32,000 bases of DNA from Candidatus Saccharimonadota bacterium. Lineage in GTDB: Archaea; Nanohalarchaeota; Nanosalinia; Nanosalinales; Nanosalinaceae. This document shows, one piece after another, positions 22,476 through 30,079 of this stretch. The position numbers and the translations under genes were made by a program. The stretch's first letter is position 1. Each line of letters starts with the position of its first letter. The notes beneath the pieces are model-generated. The model did no database searches and was not told the origin of the DNA. It was given only the letters and a program-made list of their open reading frames with translations. The stretch spans positions 90,001-122,000 of the forward strand of contig NZ_CP107255.1 of assembly GCF_029232205.1 (NCBI RefSeq), given 5' to 3'.

Positions 22476-23255
22476 ATGAAGTACGATAATGATACTATTT
22501 TCCGGAATGGAAACTCTCTAATCCTGGCATACGATCACGGAACAGAACACGGCCCGACTGATTTCGAACCTCAGCCTGAAAGCGCAGATCCAAGACACGT
22601 CTTCGAGGTTGGAAGACATGATGCGGTGACGTGCGTCGCAGTCCAGAAAGGAATTGCAGAAACCTACTACCCAGAATACAGAGATGAGGTAAATCTTCTT
22701 CTCAAACTGAACGGTAACTCCGCACTGCCAGAAAGAGAGGACTACTACTCTCCAAAACAGTGCAGCGTACAGTATGCTGTTGAAGAACTTGGCGCAGATG
22801 CAGTAGGATACACGATGTACGCAGGAAGCATCCACGAGGATCAGATGTGGAAGGAATTCCGCGAAGTACAGGAAGAGGCCCGAAAATATGGCGTACCTGT
22901 GGTTATGTGGGCCTATCCAAGAGGAAAAGGAATCCAGAACTCGGAGTACTCAGGCCAGAAAGACCCTGACCTGATTGCTTACGCAGCAAGACTTGGACTT
23001 GAGCTCGGTGCAGACATGGTTAAATGCAAGTATCCTGGAAAACAGGAGCACTGGGAAGAAGTTGAGAGAGTAACAGGCGAAATGAAAACTGTAATGTCAG
23101 GAGGGTCAAAGAGAAGCGACGAGGCCTTCATTGAAGATGTTCAAAGCGTTATCAATGCTGGAGGAAATGGCCTTGCAGTAGGCAGAAATATCTTCCAGCG
23201 TGAGGATCCTGAAGAACTGCTTGACCAGCTTGAAGAAGTCATCTTCGAGGATTAA
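22476..23255 (+). CDS. fba: Class I fructose-bisphosphate aldolase, archaeal DhnA type
   Basis: 259 aa. ADMVKCKYPG (Schiff-base Lys region) and AVGRNIFQ. The paralogous ADH-synthase family cannot be strictly excluded, but the gene sits 3 nt upstream of FBPase. Confidence 0.75.
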   Translation: MKYDNDTIFRNGNSLILAYDHGTEHGPTDFEPQPESADPRHVFEVGRHDAVTCVAVQKGIAETYYPEYRDEVNLLLKLNGNSALPEREDYYSPKQCSVQYAVEELGADAVGYTMYAGSIHEDQMWKEFREVQEEARKYGVPVVMWAYPRGKGIQNSEYSGQKDPDLIAYAARLGLELGADMVKCKYPGKQEHWEEVERVTGEMKTVMSGGSKRSDEAFIEDVQSVINAGGNGLAVGRNIFQREDPEELLDQLEEVIFED

Positions 23256-23258
23256 GCC

Positions 23259-24110
23259 ATGAGCGATGAAGTGGTCGATGAAGTAATCCAGAAAGTGGCC
23301 GAGGCCGCACCACATATTTCCTCAGGCCTGATGCATCGTAGAGAGTATGTTGGAGAAGAGAATCCTTCTGATGAGAAGATGATGGAGGCCGATGTATGGG
23401 CCAACGAGTTCTTCAAGGAGAAGATAACCTCTATCGACGGCGTCGGAGAGTTTGCATCAGAGGAAGAGCATGAGATAACTGATTGTGGGGAAGGCCTGTC
23501 AGTGGCTATTGATCCTCTTGATGGTTCATCTAACATCCCTACCAACAATCTTGTAGGTACTATAGTATGTATTTACGACGAGAGACTGCCTTGCAGCGGT
23601 GAGAATCTTGTTGCGGCCTTCTATATTCTTTATGGGCCGTTGACCACGGTAACTGTTGCCAGGGAGGGCCAGGTTAACGAGTACGTTATAGAGGAAAGTC
23701 CTGGTGATGATGTAGATCTCTATATGGCCAGTGAGGATATCAGGATCGAAGGTAAGAATATATACGGTCTTGGAGGTAATAAGGCCTGGTTTGATGATGT
23801 TGAGGATCTTGAATCTGAGCTTGCAGATGATTTAAAGCTTCGTTACGGTGGTGCGCTAGTAGGAGATTTCAATCAGATGCTGCATCACGGAGGGGTTTTC
23901 GGTTATCCTGCGAAAGAAGGCTATGAGAATGGAAAGTACAGAATTCTTTTTGAGGGAAATCCTATGGCCTTCATTGCTGAGGCCGCAGGAGGGGCTTCCA
24001 CCAACGGAGAAAGGTCGATTCTGGAGGTTGAAGTTGATGATATTCATCAGAGAACTCCTTTCTACGCAGGCCAAAAAGAGCTGGTTCAGAGAGTAGAGGA
24101 GCATCTCTGA
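23259..24110 (+). CDS. fbp: Fructose-1,6-bisphosphatase, class I
   Basis: 283 aa. AIDPLDGSSNI metal motif, LRYGGALVGDFNQML, GYPA. Confidence 0.85.
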   Translation: MSDEVVDEVIQKVAEAAPHISSGLMHRREYVGEENPSDEKMMEADVWANEFFKEKITSIDGVGEFASEEEHEITDCGEGLSVAIDPLDGSSNIPTNNLVGTIVCIYDERLPCSGENLVAAFYILYGPLTTVTVAREGQVNEYVIEESPGDDVDLYMASEDIRIEGKNIYGLGGNKAWFDDVEDLESELADDLKLRYGGALVGDFNQMLHHGGVFGYPAKEGYENGKYRILFEGNPMAFIAEAAGGASTNGERSILEVEVDDIHQRTPFYAGQKELVQRVEEHL

Positions 24111-24165
24111 CCTTCTTTCTCTTTACCTCTCCGTTATTCTCTAAAGAACCAACCTAGACAAGGCT

Positions 24166-24636
24166 TTGAACAGACAGGAGTCGAGCAAAAAAGACAAAAG
24201 AATTAGCCTGCATTTTCTATCTATGTTTAGATCAAAGAACCCTGTCGAAAGCTATCATCAACCTGTAATGACTGTTTCTGACGCCGAGATTTCCGATTAC
24301 GTGGCCGCAGTTGGGGAAATAGCTGAGGAAAGGCTGGAAAACCTTCCTGATGAATTGTACGCGTTCCAGCAATCTTACGATATGCTTAACCAGACACTTG
24401 ACGTCTCGGAGACATACGCATTTGAAAGAGATTTTTACAACCAGTTGCTGGAAGGCCTTGGCGATGTGGAATCGAAAAGCGATCTTTTCAGACATGCAGA
24501 TGAGGCAGTTGAGGCCGAAACATTGCTACCCGATTATCTGAGAGCTCTGGATATTTTCAAGGCAAGAACAGAAGGTATGAGAGGCCTTATGCTTCAGGAA
24601 GTCTTTGAAGAGGCCAAGGAAGAGCTTGAAGGCTAG
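24166..24636 (+). CDS. Hypothetical acidic protein
   Basis: ORF from TTG 24166; in-frame ATGs at 24223 and 24268 are alternative starts. I recognise no family. Confidence 0.4.
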   Translation: MNRQESSKKDKRISLHFLSMFRSKNPVESYHQPVMTVSDAEISDYVAAVGEIAEERLENLPDELYAFQQSYDMLNQTLDVSETYAFERDFYNQLLEGLGDVESKSDLFRHADEAVEAETLLPDYLRALDIFKARTEGMRGLMLQEVFEEAKEELEG

Positions 24637-26915
24637 TCAAAGTAGTCCATAATATTTTCACGGTCGAAGATATTTTCCTCGCCGACCTGTTTCTTCAGCT
24701 TCTTGGCAGTTCTCTTACCTATCAATTTTTTCAATTTCTCAAAGCTGACCTCTCGAATATCCTCCATATCTCTGACGCCATTATCATGAAGTTTACGGGC
24801 TCTTACCCGGCCAATCTGATCATATTTAACCAGGCTCAGAAGCTCCTCTTTTATTCCATGTTTCAGCCTTATTCTCAGTTTTTCAAGATCTTTATCAGTA
24901 TCTAGTTCCTCTGTGCGGGCCAGTTCCTTCGCTGCGTATACCAGCCAGTCAGCGTTCCGCATCTTGGCCCTTATTCCTCCAGGCGCAATGTTGAACTCGT
25001 TCATCAGTTTTTCCTCGTCGTTCTCGCCGATCCAGGCCTGCATCATCGCAGCTGTCTTCATGGAGTTCATAAATGACTCGTACTCGACATCCCATTCGTT
25101 AGGTATTGACTCCAGCAGGTAGTCGCGGGCATCCATCAACATCTGCTCGTAGTCACTCCACTCCTTATCTTTCACTCTCAGAGGAGGATTCATCTCGGAG
25201 GTACGGGCCAGCATGAAAAGATAGGATACCGGCTTGACTGCTTCCTTCTGCTGTGCTTTCTCAAGGGATTGAAGCATTCTGTGGGCGGAATCAGGATCAA
25301 TATACAGCTCTGAGACTCTTCTGCCGACCTTTGTGGCCTCAAGCTCTTCTTCATGCAGAAAGCCGTAATCTATCAGCTGATCGACCACGTCCTTGATCTG
25401 GGCCTCTACCTCGCTCATCTCCTCGAACTGGTGGGCGTAGAAAGTCTTCTTGTAGAAGCTGAGGAGTTCGTCCATGTCTGTACAGAACTTTGAGGCAACT
25501 AGTGCAAGTGTATGCATTCTGAGTACTGGTTTTACTGCCAGTTTCGACTGTATTCTCTCTGGCTCGCCAAGAATATACCTATTCAAAATTTCGTCCTTCA
25601 TTCCGGGGTTCTTTGCTATAGATATGGCCTCTCCACGATCGTCGTACTTCGGTCTTCCTGCCCTGCCGGTCATCTGCTCGTACTCCAGGACAGGTATGAA
25701 GTCCATGCCGCTGCCGGTGTACCTTTTGAGATCTCTGATTATTACTCTAAAGGCCGGAAGATTGACTCCTGCAGCGAGAGTCGGTGTAGCGGATACCGTT
25801 CTGATCAGGCCTTTACGAAATGCCTCTTCCACAAGGTTTCTCTGCTCTGTGACGAGGCCTGCGTGGTGGAAGGCTGCTCCCTTCCTCACGTTTTCCGCAA
25901 GTCTCTTGCACTGCGATGTTGGCGATCCCAGTACGTTAACGATTCTGTCTGCGTATTCTTCCAGTTCCTGGCGTTCCTGGTAGTCGATATCGTTGTCAGT
26001 TACTTTTCCAGCTCGATCACTGCTTTTTTCAGCTCCTTTCCTCGAGTTGCAGAATACAATGGCCTGTTTCTCCTGTTCAAGAGTGTCTTCAATTATGTTT
26101 GTAACTCCGCGGCCGTGTACGTCGTCGATGAACTCTGTACGGCCTTCATCCTTTTTCTCTTCCTGCTTCTTCACTTCGGCCCCGGTCTTGAATCCTTCAG
26201 GGGCGCTGGAGTCGTCTTCTTCATCGATTTCTTCGTCACCTGTAAAGAACTCTACCTCGTTCTGCCAGTAGACTCCGTGCTCGAGATCTACAGGCCTGTA
26301 GCTGGATTCGACCAGTTCTGCGTCAAGCCATGTAGCTAGCTCGCTGGAGTTGGAAATTGTGGCAGACAGGCCTAGCATCTGGAAATCAAGCAGCTCTCTG
26401 AGTCTTGTAAGGGTCACTTCCAGTGTAGGCCCTCTTTCTGGAGAAGTTAGTAGATGGATTTCATCTGTTACTACGAGGCCTATGTTGTGGATCCATGAAG
26501 GGTTGTGGCGTAGCATAGAATCTAGTTTTTCCGATGTCGTTACTACGATGTCTGCGTTGTCAAGGCCTTTTCCTTCGTCGTCAAGATCTCCTACAGAGAT
26601 TCTCACGTTAAGGTTTTCGTATCTTTCAGAGAAGTCCTGGTATTTTTCAGAGGCCAGGGCCTTCAATGGTACTATGTATACTGCTGTTTTTTCCTGTTTG
26701 ACGACCTGGTTGACCATCGCGAGCTCGGCAATAAAAGTCTTCCCTGAGGCCGTTGGAGAGGCCACTATCATGTCGTCTCCGTCCATTAATCCTGAGTTAA
26801 CGGCCTTTCGCTGTGGAGGATTCAGTTCTGTGATTCCTTCGTCTATGTAGTCTTTCTTGATTCTGTCAGGTATCTCAAGGTTCTCCACTTTGATCTCCTG
26901 GTTTTGATTGCTCAC
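24633..26915 (-). CDS. hel308: Hel308/Ski2-like DNA helicase
   Basis: 760 aa, GTG start. ASPTASGKT (motif I), DEIH (motif II), SATISN (III), QMTGRAGRP (VI), and C-terminal ratchet/HhH-like region. Confidence 0.9.
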   Translation of the reverse strand: MSNQNQEIKVENLEIPDRIKKDYIDEGITELNPPQRKAVNSGLMDGDDMIVASPTASGKTFIAELAMVNQVVKQEKTAVYIVPLKALASEKYQDFSERYENLNVRISVGDLDDEGKGLDNADIVVTTSEKLDSMLRHNPSWIHNIGLVVTDEIHLLTSPERGPTLEVTLTRLRELLDFQMLGLSATISNSSELATWLDAELVESSYRPVDLEHGVYWQNEVEFFTGDEEIDEEDDSSAPEGFKTGAEVKKQEEKKDEGRTEFIDDVHGRGVTNIIEDTLEQEKQAIVFCNSRKGAEKSSDRAGKVTDNDIDYQERQELEEYADRIVNVLGSPTSQCKRLAENVRKGAAFHHAGLVTEQRNLVEEAFRKGLIRTVSATPTLAAGVNLPAFRVIIRDLKRYTGSGMDFIPVLEYEQMTGRAGRPKYDDRGEAISIAKNPGMKDEILNRYILGEPERIQSKLAVKPVLRMHTLALVASKFCTDMDELLSFYKKTFYAHQFEEMSEVEAQIKDVVDQLIDYGFLHEEELEATKVGRRVSELYIDPDSAHRMLQSLEKAQQKEAVKPVSYLFMLARTSEMNPPLRVKDKEWSDYEQMLMDARDYLLESIPNEWDVEYESFMNSMKTAAMMQAWIGENDEEKLMNEFNIAPGGIRAKMRNADWLVYAAKELARTEELDTDKDLEKLRIRLKHGIKEELLSLVKYDQIGRVRARKLHDNGVRDMEDIREVSFEKLKKLIGKRTAKKLKKQVGEENIFDRENIMDYFD

Positions 26916-27208
26916 ATATTATCTCTGACTGCAAAACTCTTATGGCTCATTGATGGCGGAAGATTTCTGTCGTTAAGATGTCTTAGCTAGGCCTAAAAAA
27001 GCTTGTGATATTCTCTTCAGAGAACAAAAGAGGGCCGCTCTATGCTTTATAGTCAAAGAGTATAAAAGAATAGTTTCTTTTTTCCTTTCCACGGGGAACC
27101 AACAGAGGGGTATAACATGAAAGATCATACCAAACGATTTAGAGGTAATTCTTTTTCCGCATATCCAAAATCCAATTCTAAAACAAATAATCAGGCCATT
27201 TAGAGGCC

Positions 27209-27216
27209 GGAGGTGA
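27209..27216 (+). promoter_or_regulatory. Shine-Dalgarno-type site GGAGGTGA, 6 nt before ATG 27223
   Basis: Strongest SD-like match in the window. It contrasts with the leaderless-looking genes elsewhere. Confidence 0.6.
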
Positions 27217-27222
27217 ACAATT

Positions 27223-28284
27223 ATGAATTTGAAGAAAGCACTCAAGCACGACGTACAAGTCGCAGGCAAGACCATTCCAACCATGATTCTAGTAGGTCTC
27301 TTCCTAGTTGGAGGAGGATCCGCAGCACTGCTTACAAACTTTGGAACAGTTTCCAGAACAGCAGATGTAGATCAGGCAGTTACGTTTGATGGTCCAGAGA
27401 CTTTCGAGTTTTCCGCAGTAGGAGGTCAATCAGACTACCAGACTAGCACGGTGACTAACCATCTCAACAGTTCTGCTCCGGTTAGAGTAATAAGTTCGGT
27501 AAAGAACACTCCGTCTACAGATAAGGAAACGACATCTGGAACCTCTCTTGAGACATCGAGCATTCTACTCAAGAACGGGAAAACTTACAGTGTCGTGAAT
27601 GATGATGCAGGGGAGTCTTCAGCTAGCTTCGTGATGGTTGATGGAACGCCCGCAGTTAGGGCTACCGCTTCTTATGAGAAAGAACCTGATCAAGCTGGAG
27701 AGGTCTCAGCAGGATTATTCTTCAACGCCTCAGGAACTTTAATGAATAGTTCTACACAGACTCCGACAACATTCACGGTAGATTATCAGGGATCTGGACA
27801 GAATGTTCAGAAGCCAGATTGGATTTATGCTGTAGTCTCTACTTCGGATCAAGATTACATGATTCTTGATCCTACAGTAGAAGCCGATTCTGGTGCTCAG
27901 GTCTCTTGGAGTGGCGATGGATTCACCAACGGGGATGCTGTGGTCTATGAAGTTTCCGAAGTTGACTCAGCGCAAACCAAAGGAGACTTCCAGTTCGGCA
28001 CTAGATATGGGCCAAGTGACGGCACTGACCCAGTAGGCCCATTGAATCTCCATGGTGCAGAGATCAGATATGTTGGTGTAGGTACAGGAACCAACTACGA
28101 TCAGAGCTCTCACGAAATCTATTACACTGGTTTCCAGTTCAATGGAGAGCAGTTGATCAAGTCTGGAAGCGATTTCAATGCAGACTTGCCTTCTGGTGAA
28201 TCTCAGATTGGAACTGTTGCAGATGCAAATCTGGCTGCAGTACCTGGAGATTATACCGTAGGCTTGAACGTTACAACTCAGTAA
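27223..28284 (+). CDS. Secreted/surface protein, candidate major structural subunit (N-terminal signal-anchor plus FGTVSRTADV motif)
   Basis: 353 aa. One N-terminal hydrophobic segment (TIPTMILVGLFLVGGGSAALL). Cys-free, T/S/G/D/V-rich body with N-x-S/T sequons. The post-signal motif is shared with the next gene. Confidence 0.6.
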   Translation: MNLKKALKHDVQVAGKTIPTMILVGLFLVGGGSAALLTNFGTVSRTADVDQAVTFDGPETFEFSAVGGQSDYQTSTVTNHLNSSAPVRVISSVKNTPSTDKETTSGTSLETSSILLKNGKTYSVVNDDAGESSASFVMVDGTPAVRATASYEKEPDQAGEVSAGLFFNASGTLMNSSTQTPTTFTVDYQGSGQNVQKPDWIYAVVSTSDQDYMILDPTVEADSGAQVSWSGDGFTNGDAVVYEVSEVDSAQTKGDFQFGTRYGPSDGTDPVGPLNLHGAEIRYVGVGTGTNYDQSSHEIYYTGFQFNGEQLIKSGSDFNADLPSGESQIGTVADANLAAVPGDYTVGLNVTTQ

Positions 28285-28308
28285 ATCTCTCTTTTGAGAG
28301 GAGTTAGG

Positions 28309-28361
28309 AGCAGGCCTTGGTAGGCTTTCAGGCCGGTGTTCGATTCCCGGCCCTGCTTTTT
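28309..28361 (+). terminator. GC-rich nested hairpin (tRNA-like) followed by T5
   Basis: AGCAGG (28309-28314) pairs with CCTGCT (28352-28357). The inner stem G(G)CCGG/CCGGC(C) (28331-28336 / 28347-28352) has a loop tgTTCGATTc. TTTTT at 28357-28361 directly precedes ATG 28362. Confidence 0.45.
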
Positions 28362-28823
28362 ATGGATAAGAAGAGTGTTTTTGTTGGCTTCATGGCCTTG
28401 TTTTTGTTTGGTGCTGGTTCTGCCAGTGTTTTGGCTAGTTTTGGAACTATCAGTGGTACTGCTGATGTTAAATCTTCGTTACGTATAACAGAGATTCACT
28501 GGAATGAGAGCGCCGATCCAGGTTATGAGTACATTATAATAGAGAATAGGGCTCCAAAGTCTATTCAGGTTTCTAATATTCTGGTGGGAGACTCTGGTGG
28601 AACTGATGAGGATGGGCTTCAGGGAGCTACTGAGATTAAATCAGGTCAGACTGCTACAATTACAGGAGACGAAGTCTCTTCAACTTCTCTTGGAAGCGAT
28701 CTTCATTTGCAGGTTACTGACACAGCTATTGCAGATAGTGGCCTTAATAATGGTGGAGAGACTCTCTACTTGAAATTAAATGGAAATAAAATTTATGAGA
28801 AAACTTACTCGGGTGATGATTAA
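28362..28823 (+). CDS. Secreted lamin-tail-domain (LTD) protein with FGTISGTADV post-signal motif
   Basis: Start set at ATG 28362 (MDKKSVFVGFMALFLFGAGSASVL). The TTG 28317 start (with AGGAG 6 nt upstream) is the alternative but would encode the hairpin. The body LRITEIHWNE..YEYIIIENR...NNGGETLYLKLNG reads as an LTD beta-sandwich. Confidence 0.6.
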   Translation: MDKKSVFVGFMALFLFGAGSASVLASFGTISGTADVKSSLRITEIHWNESADPGYEYIIIENRAPKSIQVSNILVGDSGGTDEDGLQGATEIKSGQTATITGDEVSSTSLGSDLHLQVTDTAIADSGLNNGGETLYLKLNGNKIYEKTYSGDD

Positions 28824-30064
28824 TGATTAAGAAGCTACTATTAACGGCCTTTGTTTTGATGTTGGTGTCCGGTGTTTCGGGCCAGACTTTGCAGGATTTT
28901 GAGTACAGTCCTGGTAATGATTTCCAGTTGAACTTGACTGGCGGTGAGTCTTTCAGTGTTGATGCGGACTTTACGAATGCTGTTAGCAGGCCTGTTCCTG
29001 TTGCAGTGGAGGTTCGTGTTGATGGAGATCTTCCTATGAGTTCTTCAGGTGAAGAGTTTGATCTTTCTGGATCTACTGTTGATGCTGAAGGCCTTGAGTT
29101 CTCCGACTTTGATTACTACAAGAAGAATGGTGATGGTTTCTATACCTCTACTTTGAATGGTAGTGTCTCGGAGGACTTTGATTCAGGTGTTTCACTAGTG
29201 TTTGATTCCAGTACTTTGATTCAGCCTGATACTTACAGTTTTGATGTTAAGGTTAGATCTGAGATTGGTTCTAATTCTTCTGCATCTTCGAATGCAAGTG
29301 TGAATGCTTCGGAGCCTGCGGAGGTTTCATCAGGCAATGCAAGAGTGAAAGTTAATGCCTCGGATAACGCCAATGTTACTGTTCAGAGTTTGGGAAGTGT
29401 CTCGACTCAGCCTCCTCAGTCCAGAACCAACTTTGTAGGCGGTGTCTCAGTCGATGTCAGAAATAATACAGGAAAGGTTGAGGCCTCTGGTACGGTTACG
29501 ATCACTTATTCGAACAATGCCTTTGACGATGATGATATGGCTGTCTACTATTACAATGATACTAGCGGTGAATGGGAGTTTGAAGGAGGAACTCATTACC
29601 CTGGGAACAACTCGATTGTAGCGGATGTGGATCATTTCTCGACCTATGTTGCTTACCGCAGCCAGCCTGACACAGATGATGACAATGATGGTGGTGGCGG
29701 TGGCGGCTCTACAAGCTCCGATGATCAGGCCCAGGATGAAACAACTACTGTAAATGAAGATACTGAGCCAGAGGAAACTGCTCCGGAAGAAGATTCCTCC
29801 TCTCAGGGCCAGGAACAGAATGAGACCGATCAGGCCCAGGATGAAGAGCAGCAACAGCAGAATAATACTGAAACAGGTCAAGAAGATGCTCAGCAACCTG
29901 AAGGCCCTCAGAACCCGCCTAGAACAGGACTTTTCACAGCCAACCCTACCAGTATTGCAGGAGGCCTTGCATTCCTGATTCTGGTGCTGGCAGCTGGATT
30001 ACAGTACACGGGAAGAATTGATTTTAGAGAAGTTCCTGAGAAGGTCAGAAGTTACAGAGGGTAG
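28823..30064 (+). CDS. Surface-anchored putative glycoprotein (Sec signal, PGF-pre-PGF-like domain, acidic/Gln stalk, C-terminal TM anchor)
   Basis: 413 aa. The ATG overlaps the previous TAA (TAATG), with GGGTGAT upstream. Signal ...LVSGVSG|QT, many N-x-S/T sequons, YYYNDTSGEWEF...DHFSTYVAY, a G6 run, and the TM helix IAGGLAFLILVLAAGL followed by a basic tail. Confidence 0.6.
   Translation: MIKKLLLTAFVLMLVSGVSGQTLQDFEYSPGNDFQLNLTGGESFSVDADFTNAVSRPVPVAVEVRVDGDLPMSSSGEEFDLSGSTVDAEGLEFSDFDYYKKNGDGFYTSTLNGSVSEDFDSGVSLVFDSSTLIQPDTYSFDVKVRSEIGSNSSASSNASVNASEPAEVSSGNARVKVNASDNANVTVQSLGSVSTQPPQSRTNFVGGVSVDVRNNTGKVEASGTVTITYSNNAFDDDDMAVYYYNDTSGEWEFEGGTHYPGNNSIVADVDHFSTYVAYRSQPDTDDDNDGGGGGGSTSSDDQAQDETTTVNEDTEPEETAPEEDSSSQGQEQNETDQAQDEEQQQQNNTETGQEDAQQPEGPQNPPRTGLFTANPTSIAGGLAFLILVLAAGLQYTGRIDFREVPEKVRSYRG
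29669..29920 (+). repeat. Low-complexity D/E/Q/T/G-rich stalk-coding region with an 18-nt direct repeat
   Basis: gatcaggcccaggatgaa occurs at 29723-29740 and 29828-29845 (encoding DQAQDE twice). A ggt/ggc run encodes G6. Confidence 0.8.
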
Positions 30065-30079
30065 AAACTTTTTTCCCTC
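30065..30079 (+). terminator. T6 tract in the 15-nt spacer after the surface-module operon
   Basis: aaacTTTTTTccctc. Oligo-T is the usual archaeal termination signal. Confidence 0.4.

Noticed and set aside
25474-26850. Long plus-strand ORFs (169, 275, 92 and 166 aa) antisense to hel308
   Set aside because: These are shadow ORFs. They are Ser/Cys/Phe/Leu-rich, non-acidic, motif-free and entirely inside a helicase gene with all conserved motifs on the other strand.
27117-27203. 28-codon ATG ORF (MKDHTKRFRGNSFSAYPKSNSKTNNQAI) in the 5' region of the surface operon
   Set aside because: It is too short and too basic for this proteome, and it has no SD or TATA at a convincing distance. It cannot be supported from sequence alone.
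26973-27284. 103-aa minus-strand ORF in the long intergenic region
   Set aside because: It is Cys/Phe/Ile-rich and non-acidic. It overlaps the SD and the start of the plus-strand surface gene. It has no start context or motif, so I treat it as non-coding.
28309-28357. Possible genuine tRNA gene (T-loop-like GTTCGATTC, D-loop-like TTGGTAGG, acceptor-like stem)
   Set aside because: There is no anticodon arm. The span is only about 49 nt, and the T-like loop is 10 nt instead of 7. I kept it as a tRNA-like element or terminator, not a tRNA.
29447-29896. 149-aa minus-strand ORF opposite the stalk-coding region
   Set aside because: It is an artefact of the low-complexity GA/CT-rich repeat region, with an Ile/Leu/Phe-rich nonsense-like sequence. 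The plus-strand ORF is continuous with signal peptide and anchor.
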